The position numbers and the translations under genes were made by a program. The notes under the pieces were generated by a model. The model saw nothing but the letters and a program-made list of their open reading frames with translations. It made no database searches and had not been told where the DNA came from. From Dehalococcoidales bacterium (GTDB taxonomy: Bacteria; Chloroflexota; Dehalococcoidia; Dehalococcoidales; DAOWJC01), in contig DAOUMH010000005.1 in assembly GCA_034411815.1 (NCBI GenBank), positions 1 to 49,220 on the forward strand: a stretch of DNA of 49,220 nt, read 5' to 3'. Positions 26,560-35,285 of the stretch are shown here, in pieces (positions within the stretch are counted from its first letter, which is position 1; every line of letters begins with the position of its first letter).

Positions 26560-28110
26560 CTATGCAATTTCCACAAGCTTCTTAAAGGACGGCTCACCCC
26601 TAACATTATCAAGGTCACTATCCAGTCTGGCTATCTCACGATTCACCTCTCTGGCACTAATAGCCTCTTCCAGATAAACCAGAGACTCTTTAGCCTTGCC
26701 CTGAACCGAGAAAAGGCAGGCTAGATTATATAACACGAGCGGGTCGCCCGGCTTGATTGCCAGTACATGATTGAAGTCGGCAAGAGCCTCTTCATACCTC
26801 CCCAGACGATAATAGGCATTACCGCGCTTCCTGAGAATCCTGGGGGAATCAGGTCTAAGTTCAAGAGCACGGTTGAAATCGGCCAAAGCCTCTTCATACC
26901 TCCCCAGGCGATAATAGGTGCTGCCACGATTGGTAAGTGCCTTGGAGGCATTAGACTTAATCTCAAGGGAATGGTCGAAATCGGCCAAAGCCTCTTCATA
27001 CCTCTTCAGGCAAAAATAGGTGCTGCCACGATTGGTAAGCACCCTGGAATCCCTCGGCCTGAGCTCAAGAGAGCGGCTGAAGTCGGCCAGAGCTTCTTCA
27101 TACCTCCCCAGACGGTAATAGGTGCTGCCACGATTGGTAAGCACCCTGGAATCCCTCGGCCTGAGCTCAAGAGAGCGGCTGAAGTCAGTCAGGGCTTCTT
27201 CATACCTTCTCAAATGGTAATAGGTGCTGCCACGATTGGTAAGTGTCCTAGGAGCCTTCGGCTTGAGCTCAAGAGCACGGCTGAAATCGGCCAGAGCTTC
27301 TTCATACCTCCCCAGACGGTAATAGGTGCTACCACGACTGGTAAGAGTCTTAGGGGACTTCGGCTTGAGCTCAAGAGCACGGCTGAAATCGGCCAGGGCT
27401 TCTTCATACTTTCCCAGGTAGTAATAAATGCTGCCACGTTTGGCAAGAGCTTTGAAGTTAAACGGCTTACGTTCAAGAGAACGATTCAAAGCAGCCAAGA
27501 CTTCCCTGTACCTCTCCGAGTGGTATTGAAAACCATCACGTTCTACAAAAGCTTCCGGGTCCCTAGGATCAATTCGCAGGAAGTGTTTGAAATCAGAAGA
27601 GGCTTCATCATATCTGCCCAGATAGTAATAGGTGTTGTCACCATCGGCGAGAAACCCTGAGCTATACAGCCTGCTGTCCCAAGAGCTGTCAAAATCGGTC
27701 AGGGTTCTCCCATAACCTCCCGTGTTTATGTAGGCAGGATTCCAGGCCTTTTCATCATTATCCTCTGAGTTTATATGACCATCATCACCATTGTTAGAGA
27801 CCCTCGAGGTAGTATCAGATGAAGGTTCGGGGGGACGCTCGTAGTCTTTAAGCAATTCGTTATATAGCATCAGAAGGGCATTGTTCACCTCACTCAACTG
27901 GATAAGAAGCGCCTCCTTGAGGCTAGAGTCCCGAGTGCTAGATATCATCCCCTCAAGAAGCCTTCTCTTGTCCTCCAGTATCTTACTCTTGTCAGGATCT
28001 GCCCCGCCTCTCGAACGCAAACGACGTCCCAATGGTGGAACAACCCAGCCAAGCATGACTCCAGCCAGACCCACCAGTAGTGCCAGTAGTATTATCTGAA
28101 TAATACCCAT
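26560..28110 (-). CDS. Membrane-anchored tetratricopeptide (TPR) repeat protein
   Basis: 516 aa. One N-terminal TM helix ('IIQIILLALLVGLAGVMLGWVV') and a low-complexity linker precede about 10 consecutive 34-aa TPR units ('NRGSTYYRLGRYEEALADFSRALELKP...'). Its start overlaps the ruvA stop (TAATG), and its stop is 3 nt from the uvrB start. Confidence 0.85.
   Translation of the reverse strand: MGIIQIILLALLVGLAGVMLGWVVPPLGRRLRSRGGADPDKSKILEDKRRLLEGMISSTRDSSLKEALLIQLSEVNNALLMLYNELLKDYERPPEPSSDTTSRVSNNGDDGHINSEDNDEKAWNPAYINTGGYGRTLTDFDSSWDSRLYSSGFLADGDNTYYYLGRYDEASSDFKHFLRIDPRDPEAFVERDGFQYHSERYREVLAALNRSLERKPFNFKALAKRGSIYYYLGKYEEALADFSRALELKPKSPKTLTSRGSTYYRLGRYEEALADFSRALELKPKAPRTLTNRGSTYYHLRRYEEALTDFSRSLELRPRDSRVLTNRGSTYYRLGRYEEALADFSRSLELRPRDSRVLTNRGSTYFCLKRYEEALADFDHSLEIKSNASKALTNRGSTYYRLGRYEEALADFNRALELRPDSPRILRKRGNAYYRLGRYEEALADFNHVLAIKPGDPLVLYNLACLFSVQGKAKESLVYLEEAISAREVNREIARLDSDLDNVRGEPSFKKLVEIA
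26773..27486. repeat. Seven tandem 102-bp units (one TPR each) inside the TPR gene
   Basis: Units start at 26773, 26875, 26977, 27079, 27181, 27283 and 27385. Positions 27016-27084 and 27118-27186 are identical over 69 nt, checked base by base. Confidence 0.9.
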
Positions 28111-28694
28111 TACCCGCCCCCAAAATACTCCAGCGCCAGTTTAACCTTCTCCTCAAGGCTTAGCTTTGAAGATGAGGGCAAGTTGGCTACCGCCCGGCTG
28201 GCTTCAGAAACAGAGTAACCCAGAGAAGCGAGGGCAGCCAACACATCAGTATCTCCCTGAGCCAACTCAGCCGCCGGGGTTGTCATCCAACCGGTACCTA
28301 TTTTCTCCTTGAGCTCGAGGATTAGGCGCTCCGCCATCTTTTTACCCACTCCTGGAACCATAGTCAGCAGCTCAACACTGCCGGTAACAATAGCCATAGC
28401 AAGCTTCTCCACACTCATAACAGAAAGCATTGCCAATGCCATCTTGGGACCTAAGCCTGATACACCAATCAGGGTTTGGAAAAAACCCAGCTCATCAACC
28501 GAGGTAAAGCCGTAGAGGCTAACATTATCCTCCCTGAGATGAAGGCGGGTATATAGCTGCACCTCCTCCCCTACAGTGCCCAGCGTGCTCAGGGTGGAAG
28601 TAGGCACATACACCTGAAAACCTATTCCGCCAACGCTGATAATCACCCAATCACTCCCCCGTAGCTCCAATGTGCCGTGAAGGCTGGCTATCAT
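28110..28694 (-). CDS. ruvA: Holliday junction DNA helicase subunit RuvA
   Basis: 194 aa with 'IASLHGTL', 'VGGIGFQVYVP', the HhH motifs 'LIGVSGLGPKMALAML' and 'VPGVGKKMAERLILEL', and a C-terminal domain III. Confidence 0.9.
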   Translation of the reverse strand: MIASLHGTLELRGSDWVIISVGGIGFQVYVPTSTLSTLGTVGEEVQLYTRLHLREDNVSLYGFTSVDELGFFQTLIGVSGLGPKMALAMLSVMSVEKLAMAIVTGSVELLTMVPGVGKKMAERLILELKEKIGTGWMTTPAAELAQGDTDVLAALASLGYSVSEASRAVANLPSSSKLSLEEKVKLALEYFGGG

Positions 28695-28705
28695 CTTCGT
28701 TTCCT

Positions 28706-29203
28706 CTATCGCTGCCCAGCCAGCAGGCTACTCAAGTGGATTTCTCGGAGGTGGCAAATAGCCACGGCCAAGGCATCAGCCGCATCATCAGGCTGAGGAA
28801 GCTGTGACAACCCAAGTTGAAGTCTCACCATCTCCTGAATCTGCTCCTTTGAGCTAACTCCGTAATTAGCAACCCTCTGCTTTATCTGAGCAGGGGTATA
28901 TTCATAGACCGGGATCTTATTATTAGCTGCTGCCAGGATGGCCACAGCTTGAGCCCTGCCTATTGCTAGTGCCGACCTTGCATTTTTAGCCATAAATGGC
29001 TGTTCAACAGCTAGTAAATCCGGCTGGCAGTGAGTTATAATCCCCAAAAGCCCTTCATATAAAAAGCTCAGGCGCTCTCCTATTGAGGTATGAGGCGGAG
29101 TATTTAGAGCGCCATAATCCACCAGGGTTACTTCGCCATCTCCCTCCTCTATTACCCCATAGCCCATAGTTATTGTGCCCGGGTCTACACCTAAAATCCT
29201 CAT
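28706..29203 (-). CDS. ruvC: Crossover junction endodeoxyribonuclease RuvC
   Basis: 165 aa with '[19 protein letters not shown]', '[16 protein letters not shown]' and '[12 protein letters not shown]'. Confidence 0.9.
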   Translation of the reverse strand: MRILGVDPGTITMGYGVIEEGDGEVTLVDYGALNTPPHTSIGERLSFLYEGLLGIITHCQPDLLAVEQPFMAKNARSALAIGRAQAVAILAAANNKIPVYEYTPAQIKQRVANYGVSSKEQIQEMVRLQLGLSQLPQPDDAADALAVAICHLREIHLSSLLAGQR

Positions 29204-29292
29204 AAATAAGCTCCAACCATTATATAAAGAGAAAAGGAAATAAGAAAATAGAACTGCTGTGTAAAAACTAAAGAGATGATAAAAACATGGTA

Positions 29293-30048
29293 CTAAGCCT
29301 GCTCTTGATACTTCTCCAGTATAGAGTCAGAAAAGTTAACATTGCTGGACACATGCTGGACCTCGTCCAAATCCTCCAACTTATCCAGCAACTTCAACGT
29401 CTGAAGGGCTGCCCTCTCTTCAAGCTCAATCGTCGTCTTGGGCATCATCGACAGCTCAGCAGAGTCAACGGTGAGATTTTCCCCCTCCAATCTCGTCCTG
29501 ACCCCCTCAAGCTCCTCAGGTTTGGTATAAATCTCTAAATAGTTGTCCTCCACCTTAACATCCTCAGCCCCAGCATCAATAGCCTGCAGGGCTAACTCAT
29601 CAGCATCTAAATCATCAGTCTTTACTATAATCAATCCCTTTGAATCAAAGAGCCAGGCTACACAACCGCTTTCACCCAGACTGCCACCACTGCGTGAAAA
29701 TATATTCCGAACCTCCTGTATAGTTCGATTACGGTTATCACTCAGGGCTTGCACCAAGATAGCCGTCCCACCAGCCCCATAGCCCTCAAGAACCATCTCT
29801 ACCAGATTAACCCCCTCTAATGTGCCGCTACCCCGCTTAATAGCCTTCTCTATATTATCCAGCGGCATGTTATTATCGCGAGCTCTCTGGACAGCCAGGC
29901 GTAGTCGGAAGTTTGACTCAGGATTACCCCCACCCTGGCGCACTGCCACAATAATCTCCCGAGTCAGCTTGGTGAAAAGCTGGCCCCGCCTAGCATCCGC
30001 CACCCCCTTTTGATGCTTAATTGAAGACCACTTAGAATGCCCTGACAC
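29293..30048 (-). CDS. yebC: YebC/PmpR-family DNA-binding regulatory protein
   Basis: 251 aa with '[32 protein letters not shown]', diagnostic of the family. Confidence 0.9.
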   Translation of the reverse strand: MSGHSKWSSIKHQKGVADARRGQLFTKLTREIIVAVRQGGGNPESNFRLRLAVQRARDNNMPLDNIEKAIKRGSGTLEGVNLVEMVLEGYGAGGTAILVQALSDNRNRTIQEVRNIFSRSGGSLGESGCVAWLFDSKGLIIVKTDDLDADELALQAIDAGAEDVKVEDNYLEIYTKPEELEGVRTRLEGENLTVDSAELSMMPKTTIELEERAALQTLKLLDKLEDLDEVQHVSSNVNFSDSILEKYQEQA

Positions 30049-30085
30049 TTTAACTCTCTCCGGTCACCCTATCACTCTTTTTCAC

Positions 30086-30115
30086 ATTCTATCACCTTGA
30101 CCCACCTGTGGTCAA
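30086..30115 (-). promoter_or_regulatory. Sigma70-like promoter for yebC with an inverted repeat across the -35
   Basis: Minus strand reads TTGACC (30110-30115), an 18-nt spacer ending in TGa, then TAGAAT (30086-30091). TTGACC (30097-30102) and GGTCAA (30110-30115) form a 6-bp inverted repeat with a 7-nt spacer. Confidence 0.5.
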
Positions 30116-30166
30116 AGCTACACCGATCCCCAAATATACAAACCAGCGTAGTGATTAACCCCAGTT

Positions 30167-31090
30167 TCAAACTAAAGCATCATACGGCTTATAGACAAAG
30201 GAGACTATGAGTAAGGCCACCCCGACTACTAAAAGACCGATGCTGAACATTTGCAAAGGATACAGGAGACCGCCAAGCAGCTGAGGTATCCAGGTCTGAA
30301 GCTGAGTAGGAATACTATCCTGTGGTATCTGCGGCCAGATAAGATTCTTAATAAGAAGGGTTTCAATGAGACCGAAGGCACCAACAACCGTGAAGGTAGT
30401 GCCAACCCTACGAGTAGCTCCCCTTACCTGAAGGTCTATGAGAACAATCCCTAGGATTAGCAACAAGCTAACACCAATCAGAACCTTATACCCGAGCTGG
30501 AAGGATGCAAAACCTTGCCTGACCTGCTCAATGATTGGTATAGCTTCGGAGGGCAACATGCTTTCATCAAACTCGATAACCGGCGGTAACTTCCCGGAAA
30601 TTTCCTGCTCGAAAAACTGGTTAAAATATTGTTCCACTAACTCCGAGGGTAATGCAGCAAGCTCCGGCGGCGGCGATTCCTGCAAAGCTTCCCACAAATT
30701 ATCCCTCAGGCTTTCCTCTACTGGCTCCGTAGAAATTGCTATGTCCAGGCTCTGGCTTTTCCCCGTTAGGTAGTCATAGCCGGTATATATACCGGCACTC
30801 AGCTGTTCTTTCATCCAGGGCTCAAGGTCAGTAATGGTATCATCTATAGCCACGGTTATGAACTCAGTATCAAAGGGAAGCTGAAGCTGCTCTTCCATTA
30901 ATGAGTCTATATCTAGCTCATCTAGCTGTTCTTTCATCAATGAGGCTATATCAAGCTCGTCTATCTGAGAGGCAACAAAGTCCGGGTTAAGGATGGTATA
31001 ATTCAGCGTGATAGCCAGACCCAAAACGGTCAGAGACAGAAACAGTAAGAAGCTTAAGAGTCCAATAGCTAAACCCTTAAGAAACTGCAT
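30167..31090 (-). CDS. Hypothetical membrane protein
   Basis: 307 aa. An N-terminal TM helix and an acidic middle region precede C-terminal hydrophobic helices. The middle region contains the internal duplication 'IDELDIASLMKEQL / DELDIDSLMEEQL'. Confidence 0.5.
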   Translation of the reverse strand: MQFLKGLAIGLLSFLLFLSLTVLGLAITLNYTILNPDFVASQIDELDIASLMKEQLDELDIDSLMEEQLQLPFDTEFITVAIDDTITDLEPWMKEQLSAGIYTGYDYLTGKSQSLDIAISTEPVEESLRDNLWEALQESPPPELAALPSELVEQYFNQFFEQEISGKLPPVIEFDESMLPSEAIPIIEQVRQGFASFQLGYKVLIGVSLLLILGIVLIDLQVRGATRRVGTTFTVVGAFGLIETLLIKNLIWPQIPQDSIPTQLQTWIPQLLGGLLYPLQMFSIGLLVVGVALLIVSFVYKPYDALV

Positions 31091-31121
31091 CAGTAATAAA
31101 TCCTCCTCTCAATAACCTAAA

Positions 31122-31499
31122 TCAGCACCTCTCGCTTCTTGCTTCACTGATTGCGAAGGCGATAGCGTATTCCCTTGAATGAGAAAGGCTGATAGCAAGA
31201 TTATTCATGCCCAAGCCATCAGCTTGGCTCTGAGCTTTACCATAGAGGTGAACCAGAGGTTTGCCATCAGGGTCAGCCAATATCTCAATCTCTCGCCAGC
31301 CGATACCACTTGTCCGGCTACCTATAGCCTTAAACACTGCCTCCTTGCCAGCAAAACGAGCGGCCAGAGAGAGTGGCTTTTTATGGCATAACTTTAGCTC
31401 CGGTTCGGTATATACCCGACGGAGAAAACCATCCCCCCACCGGGCTATAGCCCTTTCAATACGAGCTATTTCTATAATATCGACACCGACATAGGGCAT
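31122..31499 (-). CDS. acpS: Holo-[acyl-carrier-protein] synthase
   Basis: 125 aa with 'VGVDIIEIARIERAI', 'FAGKEAVFKA' and 'ISLSHSREYAIAFA'. Confidence 0.85.
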   Translation of the reverse strand: MPYVGVDIIEIARIERAIARWGDGFLRRVYTEPELKLCHKKPLSLAARFAGKEAVFKAIGSRTSGIGWREIEILADPDGKPLVHLYGKAQSQADGLGMNNLAISLSHSREYAIAFAISEARSERC

Positions 31500-31548
31500 T
31501 CTTCACACTACTAATAATAAATCCATTAAGAACCATCTTTTGCCAGAA

Positions 31549-33177
31549 TTACATCACCTTATATTTTGGTCCATCACCTCCTTCCGGAACCTCCCACTTT
31601 ATATTCTGGTGAGGACATTTTACACGACACGTCTGGCAATGCAAGCAGTTTGAAGAGCTCAGAAGCAGCTTGGTTTCATCAAATTTATATACCTCACCCG
31701 GACAGAATGACTCACAGGGGTAACAGCCATACTCATTCCGGCAACTAGTACACACCTCATGGTCTAAGAACGTAATGTGAGAAGGCTCGTCTTCCCTATG
31801 AGTAGTACCAGAGAGGCTAACTGCAGTTAGCCGGTCAATACCACCGGTATACCGCCTGCCCAGCTTAGCCCCTGTCATACCCTCATAATCCGTCCTGGTT
31901 CCCAGCCTAAATGGAATCCACCGCTGGACAAGCGATAGCGGGGCGCCCAGATATACCCCAGCTCTCCCTGCTTTAGTGAAGACCTGCCGGTAGTTCTTCG
32001 CCGAACGGATGTCCTGCATTACAAAGCTTTTCTCCAACAGATCCTGATATACCCCTAAGGCTCTCTTGGAAAAATCATTCCCTTTGACAGCCTCATAAAT
32101 AGCCTCAGCAGCAACCATTCCTGACTTGATGGCATAGTGCAAACCCTTGAGCTTCTTCACATTGGTCAAGCCAGCAGCATCCCCGATGATAATGGCACCG
32201 TCAGTGACCAGCCCCGGCACCGAATAATAGCCACCCTCTGGCAGCGTCTTGGCCCCATAAGCTATAACATCACCACCTTCAAGCATCTTCCTGACCCAGC
32301 TATGAGATTTAAAGAGCTGAAGCTCTCGCTGAGGATTGAGGTCGCAATACCTCCAATCCAGAGCCAGGATAAGAGCTACCGCAACCGTGTCTCCCCCCAT
32401 ACTATATATTGCACCACCACCAAAAACATCAGGGGTCGATACCCTATTAGGAAAACCCAAAGTATGTATTGCCCGGTTAGGCCCGAAATTATTTCCCGCT
32501 GGCAACCTGATAATTTCCTTAATACCTACAGAGTAAATCTGCGGATTCCTGCCTCCTCCGAGATTGAACTTGTCGACCAGTTGCTCTGACAGCAGTCCTA
32601 AAGAGCCCTCACCGAGGACGGTCACCTTTGCCTTTATCATCTCCCCCAATGAATAATTTGTCTGTTTCCTTCCATCCTTGTCCAGCCCCTTGTCACCAAG
32701 CTTTACCCCCCTGACCAGGTTGTCTCTCACTACAAGTTCCTTGGCAACAAAACCGGTATATATTTCAACGCCAAGCTCCCTGGCAATGTCAGCCAACCAA
32801 TTAACCATCTCACTAACCGAGATAGCATAATCACCCTCATGACGCATATACGGCGGCACCACAACTGACGGTAACTTTACGGCAACACTATCTCCCAGAA
32901 GAAATATCACCTCGTCCCTTTCCACCCTATTCGTCAGTGCCTTGGTAACAAAGCTGTTCTTCCCCTCCTTCCAGCCAGGAACTAATTCATCCAAGACATC
33001 AGCTTCAAATATAGCTCCGGACAAGTTGTGTCGACCAAGTTTATCCGCCTTTTCTATGACAACAACCGAGTCGTTTCTCCCCCCCTGATTAAGAAACCGT
33101 TTTAGTTTTATAGCTCCAGCCAGGCTCGCCGGACCGCCTCCAACAAAAAGTACATCAACTTTCTTTAGCTCATCCAC
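31549..33177 (-). CDS. Electron-transfer flavoprotein:quinone oxidoreductase-like protein (FixC fused to a FixX-type ferredoxin tail)
   Basis: 542 aa with a GTG start 2 nt after the upstream stop. The FAD fold 'VDVLFVGGGPASLAGA' is present, and the Cys-rich C-terminus reads 'CTSCRNEYGCYPCESFCP...CLHCQTCRVKCP'. Confidence 0.8.
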   Translation of the reverse strand: MDELKKVDVLFVGGGPASLAGAIKLKRFLNQGGRNDSVVVIEKADKLGRHNLSGAIFEADVLDELVPGWKEGKNSFVTKALTNRVERDEVIFLLGDSVAVKLPSVVVPPYMRHEGDYAISVSEMVNWLADIARELGVEIYTGFVAKELVVRDNLVRGVKLGDKGLDKDGRKQTNYSLGEMIKAKVTVLGEGSLGLLSEQLVDKFNLGGGRNPQIYSVGIKEIIRLPAGNNFGPNRAIHTLGFPNRVSTPDVFGGGAIYSMGGDTVAVALILALDWRYCDLNPQRELQLFKSHSWVRKMLEGGDVIAYGAKTLPEGGYYSVPGLVTDGAIIIGDAAGLTNVKKLKGLHYAIKSGMVAAEAIYEAVKGNDFSKRALGVYQDLLEKSFVMQDIRSAKNYRQVFTKAGRAGVYLGAPLSLVQRWIPFRLGTRTDYEGMTGAKLGRRYTGGIDRLTAVSLSGTTHREDEPSHITFLDHEVCTSCRNEYGCYPCESFCPGEVYKFDETKLLLSSSNCLHCQTCRVKCPHQNIKWEVPEGGDGPKYKVM

Positions 33178-33179
33178 TG

Positions 33180-35078
33180 TTATGCTCCCCGTAAATCCAG
33201 AACCTTAATAAGTTCAGGAACTATCTCTTCCAGATTACCCAGTATCCCAAAATCAGCGACCCTGAAAATTCGGGCATTCGGCTCTTTATTTATTGCCAAG
33301 ATGATATCAGAGTTTTGCATACCGGTCAGATGCTGCACAGCCCCTGAAATACCAATGGCAACATACACCTTGGGCTTAACCGTCTGCCCGGTTTGACCAA
33401 CCTGATGGCTACGGTCAATAAATCCTGCCTCAACAGCAAGCCTTGAGGCACCTACCATAGCTTCCTGCCCCAGAAACTTGCCCAGACTCTCAGCCAATGG
33501 GTATATATACTTGTTAAAGCCATCCTTTGCCTTCAATCCCCGGCCCCCGCTGACAATCACAGCAGCATCCCTGAGCTCAGAAGTAAGCTGACGGCTCTCG
33601 GCAGAAATTATCCTGGTTCCCAGATCAGCCTCCCCTATATCAGGTACAAACTCAAAAACCTCCCCTTGCCTTGTATCATCAGGTTCAAGAGCTCTCATAA
33701 CACCTGGCCTAGCTGTAGATATTTGCAATACCGAGTTCTTGGTAATAATGCTCGCCATTATGTTCCCACCCAAAGCCGGCCTCGTTTGCATCAAAATCCC
33801 GACCATCTCCCGATCACCCCTCTTAAAGTCGACGATATCCAATCCCGTGCAATCAGCAGTCAAACCGGAATCCGTTCTATAGGCAACCCTCGGTGCCAGC
33901 TCCCTACCCAGGGGCGTAGCACTAAACAACATCATCTGCGGCTTATACTTTCCAATTAGCCCTGAAACCGCCTTTGTGTAGGGAACGGGCAGAAAATTCT
34001 CCAGCAGCTCATGTTCAGCAACATAAACCTTATCAGCACCACAGGCTATCAACTCCCGGGATAATCCCTTTACACCCTCGCCAACCAAAACAGCCCCTAC
34101 TTTTTCACCTAGCGAGCCTGCCAGTTCCATCGCCTTGCCTAACAACTCAAGCGAAGCGGGGTTTACTTCCCCACCCTCCTGCTCAGCATAAACCCAGACA
34201 TCGCCCTGATAATCACCCTTCTTACCTTCAGGTAAGTGATATTCTGACTTCTCGACCTCCTCGGCAACCTCCAACTTGTTGGCATAGGCTTCCTTAAGCA
34301 TCCCTACTAATTTCCCCAAATCATTCTCAAAAACACAATCCTTCTGGCTAACATCCTTGGGAGAGAAAATCTTTACTACATTGGTCCTGGAACCGGCAAG
34401 TCCAATATGAGATTCATCAGCAGCCACATCATCCGCACTCCACAAGTAAAGCTCCTGTGAATGTGCCCACCTTGTCTTGCTAAACGAGGCATTTAGTGGT
34501 AGTGCCCACTCAGTAGTGGTTACCAAACAAGGAAAACTCCGAGGGGTTACTGTTTCAGTACCCTTCCTCGTTATCCTTTCGACCTTCAGATTTCCTTTAT
34601 CAAAGTTAAAGGATGTCGCATAGGCTATATGTGCTATCCCAAGTTCCTCGGCAATCTGCGGGGGAACCTGGGCAGTATCACCGTCGATTGACTGCATACC
34701 ACTGACAATTATATAGTTCCTGTCACCGTTAAATATCTCTTTCTCAACCTTCCTTATGGCCTGAGCCAATGGATAAGCCGTAGCTGCCGTATCAGCACCG
34801 CCGAGCTTCCTGTCAGTAAGCAGCACCCCGGCATCAGCACCGATGGATAAAGCATACCTCAATACCTCTTTGGCAAAAGGCGGACCCATTGTCAAACTAA
34901 CTGCCTTGCCACCATTCTTCGCCTTCATCTTCAAAGCGAATGCCAATGCCTGCTTATCAAGCTCATTGCAGACATTATCCAACAAGCCCCTCTTTAATGT
35001 GCCCTTCTCCCAATCCCAAGCCTCCTTAGGGATATTCTTTATATCAGGCACTTGCTTAATCAATACTATATAATTCAC
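33180..35078 (-). CDS. Fused electron-transfer flavoprotein beta-alpha (EtfB-EtfA in one polypeptide)
   Basis: 632 aa. The N-terminal ~250 aa are EtfB-like ('IVLIKQVPD', 'NELDKQALAFAL', 'SGMQSIDGDTAQVPPQIAEELG'). After a charged linker comes an EtfA-like half ('VWVYAEQEGGEV...', 'VGASRLAVEAGF', 'QVGQTGQTVKPKVYVAIGISGAVQHLTGM'). Confidence 0.8.
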   Translation of the reverse strand: MNYIVLIKQVPDIKNIPKEAWDWEKGTLKRGLLDNVCNELDKQALAFALKMKAKNGGKAVSLTMGPPFAKEVLRYALSIGADAGVLLTDRKLGGADTAATAYPLAQAIRKVEKEIFNGDRNYIIVSGMQSIDGDTAQVPPQIAEELGIAHIAYATSFNFDKGNLKVERITRKGTETVTPRSFPCLVTTTEWALPLNASFSKTRWAHSQELYLWSADDVAADESHIGLAGSRTNVVKIFSPKDVSQKDCVFENDLGKLVGMLKEAYANKLEVAEEVEKSEYHLPEGKKGDYQGDVWVYAEQEGGEVNPASLELLGKAMELAGSLGEKVGAVLVGEGVKGLSRELIACGADKVYVAEHELLENFLPVPYTKAVSGLIGKYKPQMMLFSATPLGRELAPRVAYRTDSGLTADCTGLDIVDFKRGDREMVGILMQTRPALGGNIMASIITKNSVLQISTARPGVMRALEPDDTRQGEVFEFVPDIGEADLGTRIISAESRQLTSELRDAAVIVSGGRGLKAKDGFNKYIYPLAESLGKFLGQEAMVGASRLAVEAGFIDRSHQVGQTGQTVKPKVYVAIGISGAVQHLTGMQNSDIILAINKEPNARIFRVADFGILGNLEEIVPELIKVLDLRGA

Positions 35079-35222
35079 TCCCTCCTACCTTTCCTTTTAA
35101 CGTTCTTAAAAGATAGCAAGCCTTCACTTAAATGCCCACCAATAAACGCGCTAGTGGAATTGTAATCCAATTCGGAGATGTAATCAAGCTCACAGAATCG
35201 TCCAGGTCATCAGCGACGCCTC

Positions 35223-35251
35223 TTTACCAATAACCTTCAAAAGGTTATAAT
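35223..35251 (+). promoter_or_regulatory. Sigma70-like promoter for the DRTGG-domain gene
   Basis: TTTACC (35223-35228), a 17-nt spacer, then TATAAT (35246-35251). The RBS GAGGTG precedes the ATG at 35286. Confidence 0.45.
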
Positions 35252-35285
35252 AGTAAGCTAGCTCCTTAGTTTTTCGAGGTGTAAC

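Noticed and set aside
26767-27660. 297-aa plus-strand ORF (and the 88-92-aa minus-strand ORFs) overlapping the TPR gene
   Set aside because: These are antisense or off-frame to a clearly recognisable TPR protein. The open frames are a by-product of the 102-bp periodic repeat, because the same stop-free unit is reiterated. The translated product is itself a meaningless repeat.
29204-29292. TATAAT at 29219-29224 (minus strand) as a separate ruvC promoter
   Set aside because: The -10 would place the start inside the GGAG RBS of ruvC, and the -35 is poor (TTTCTT). Read-through from yebC, a common arrangement, is equally likely.
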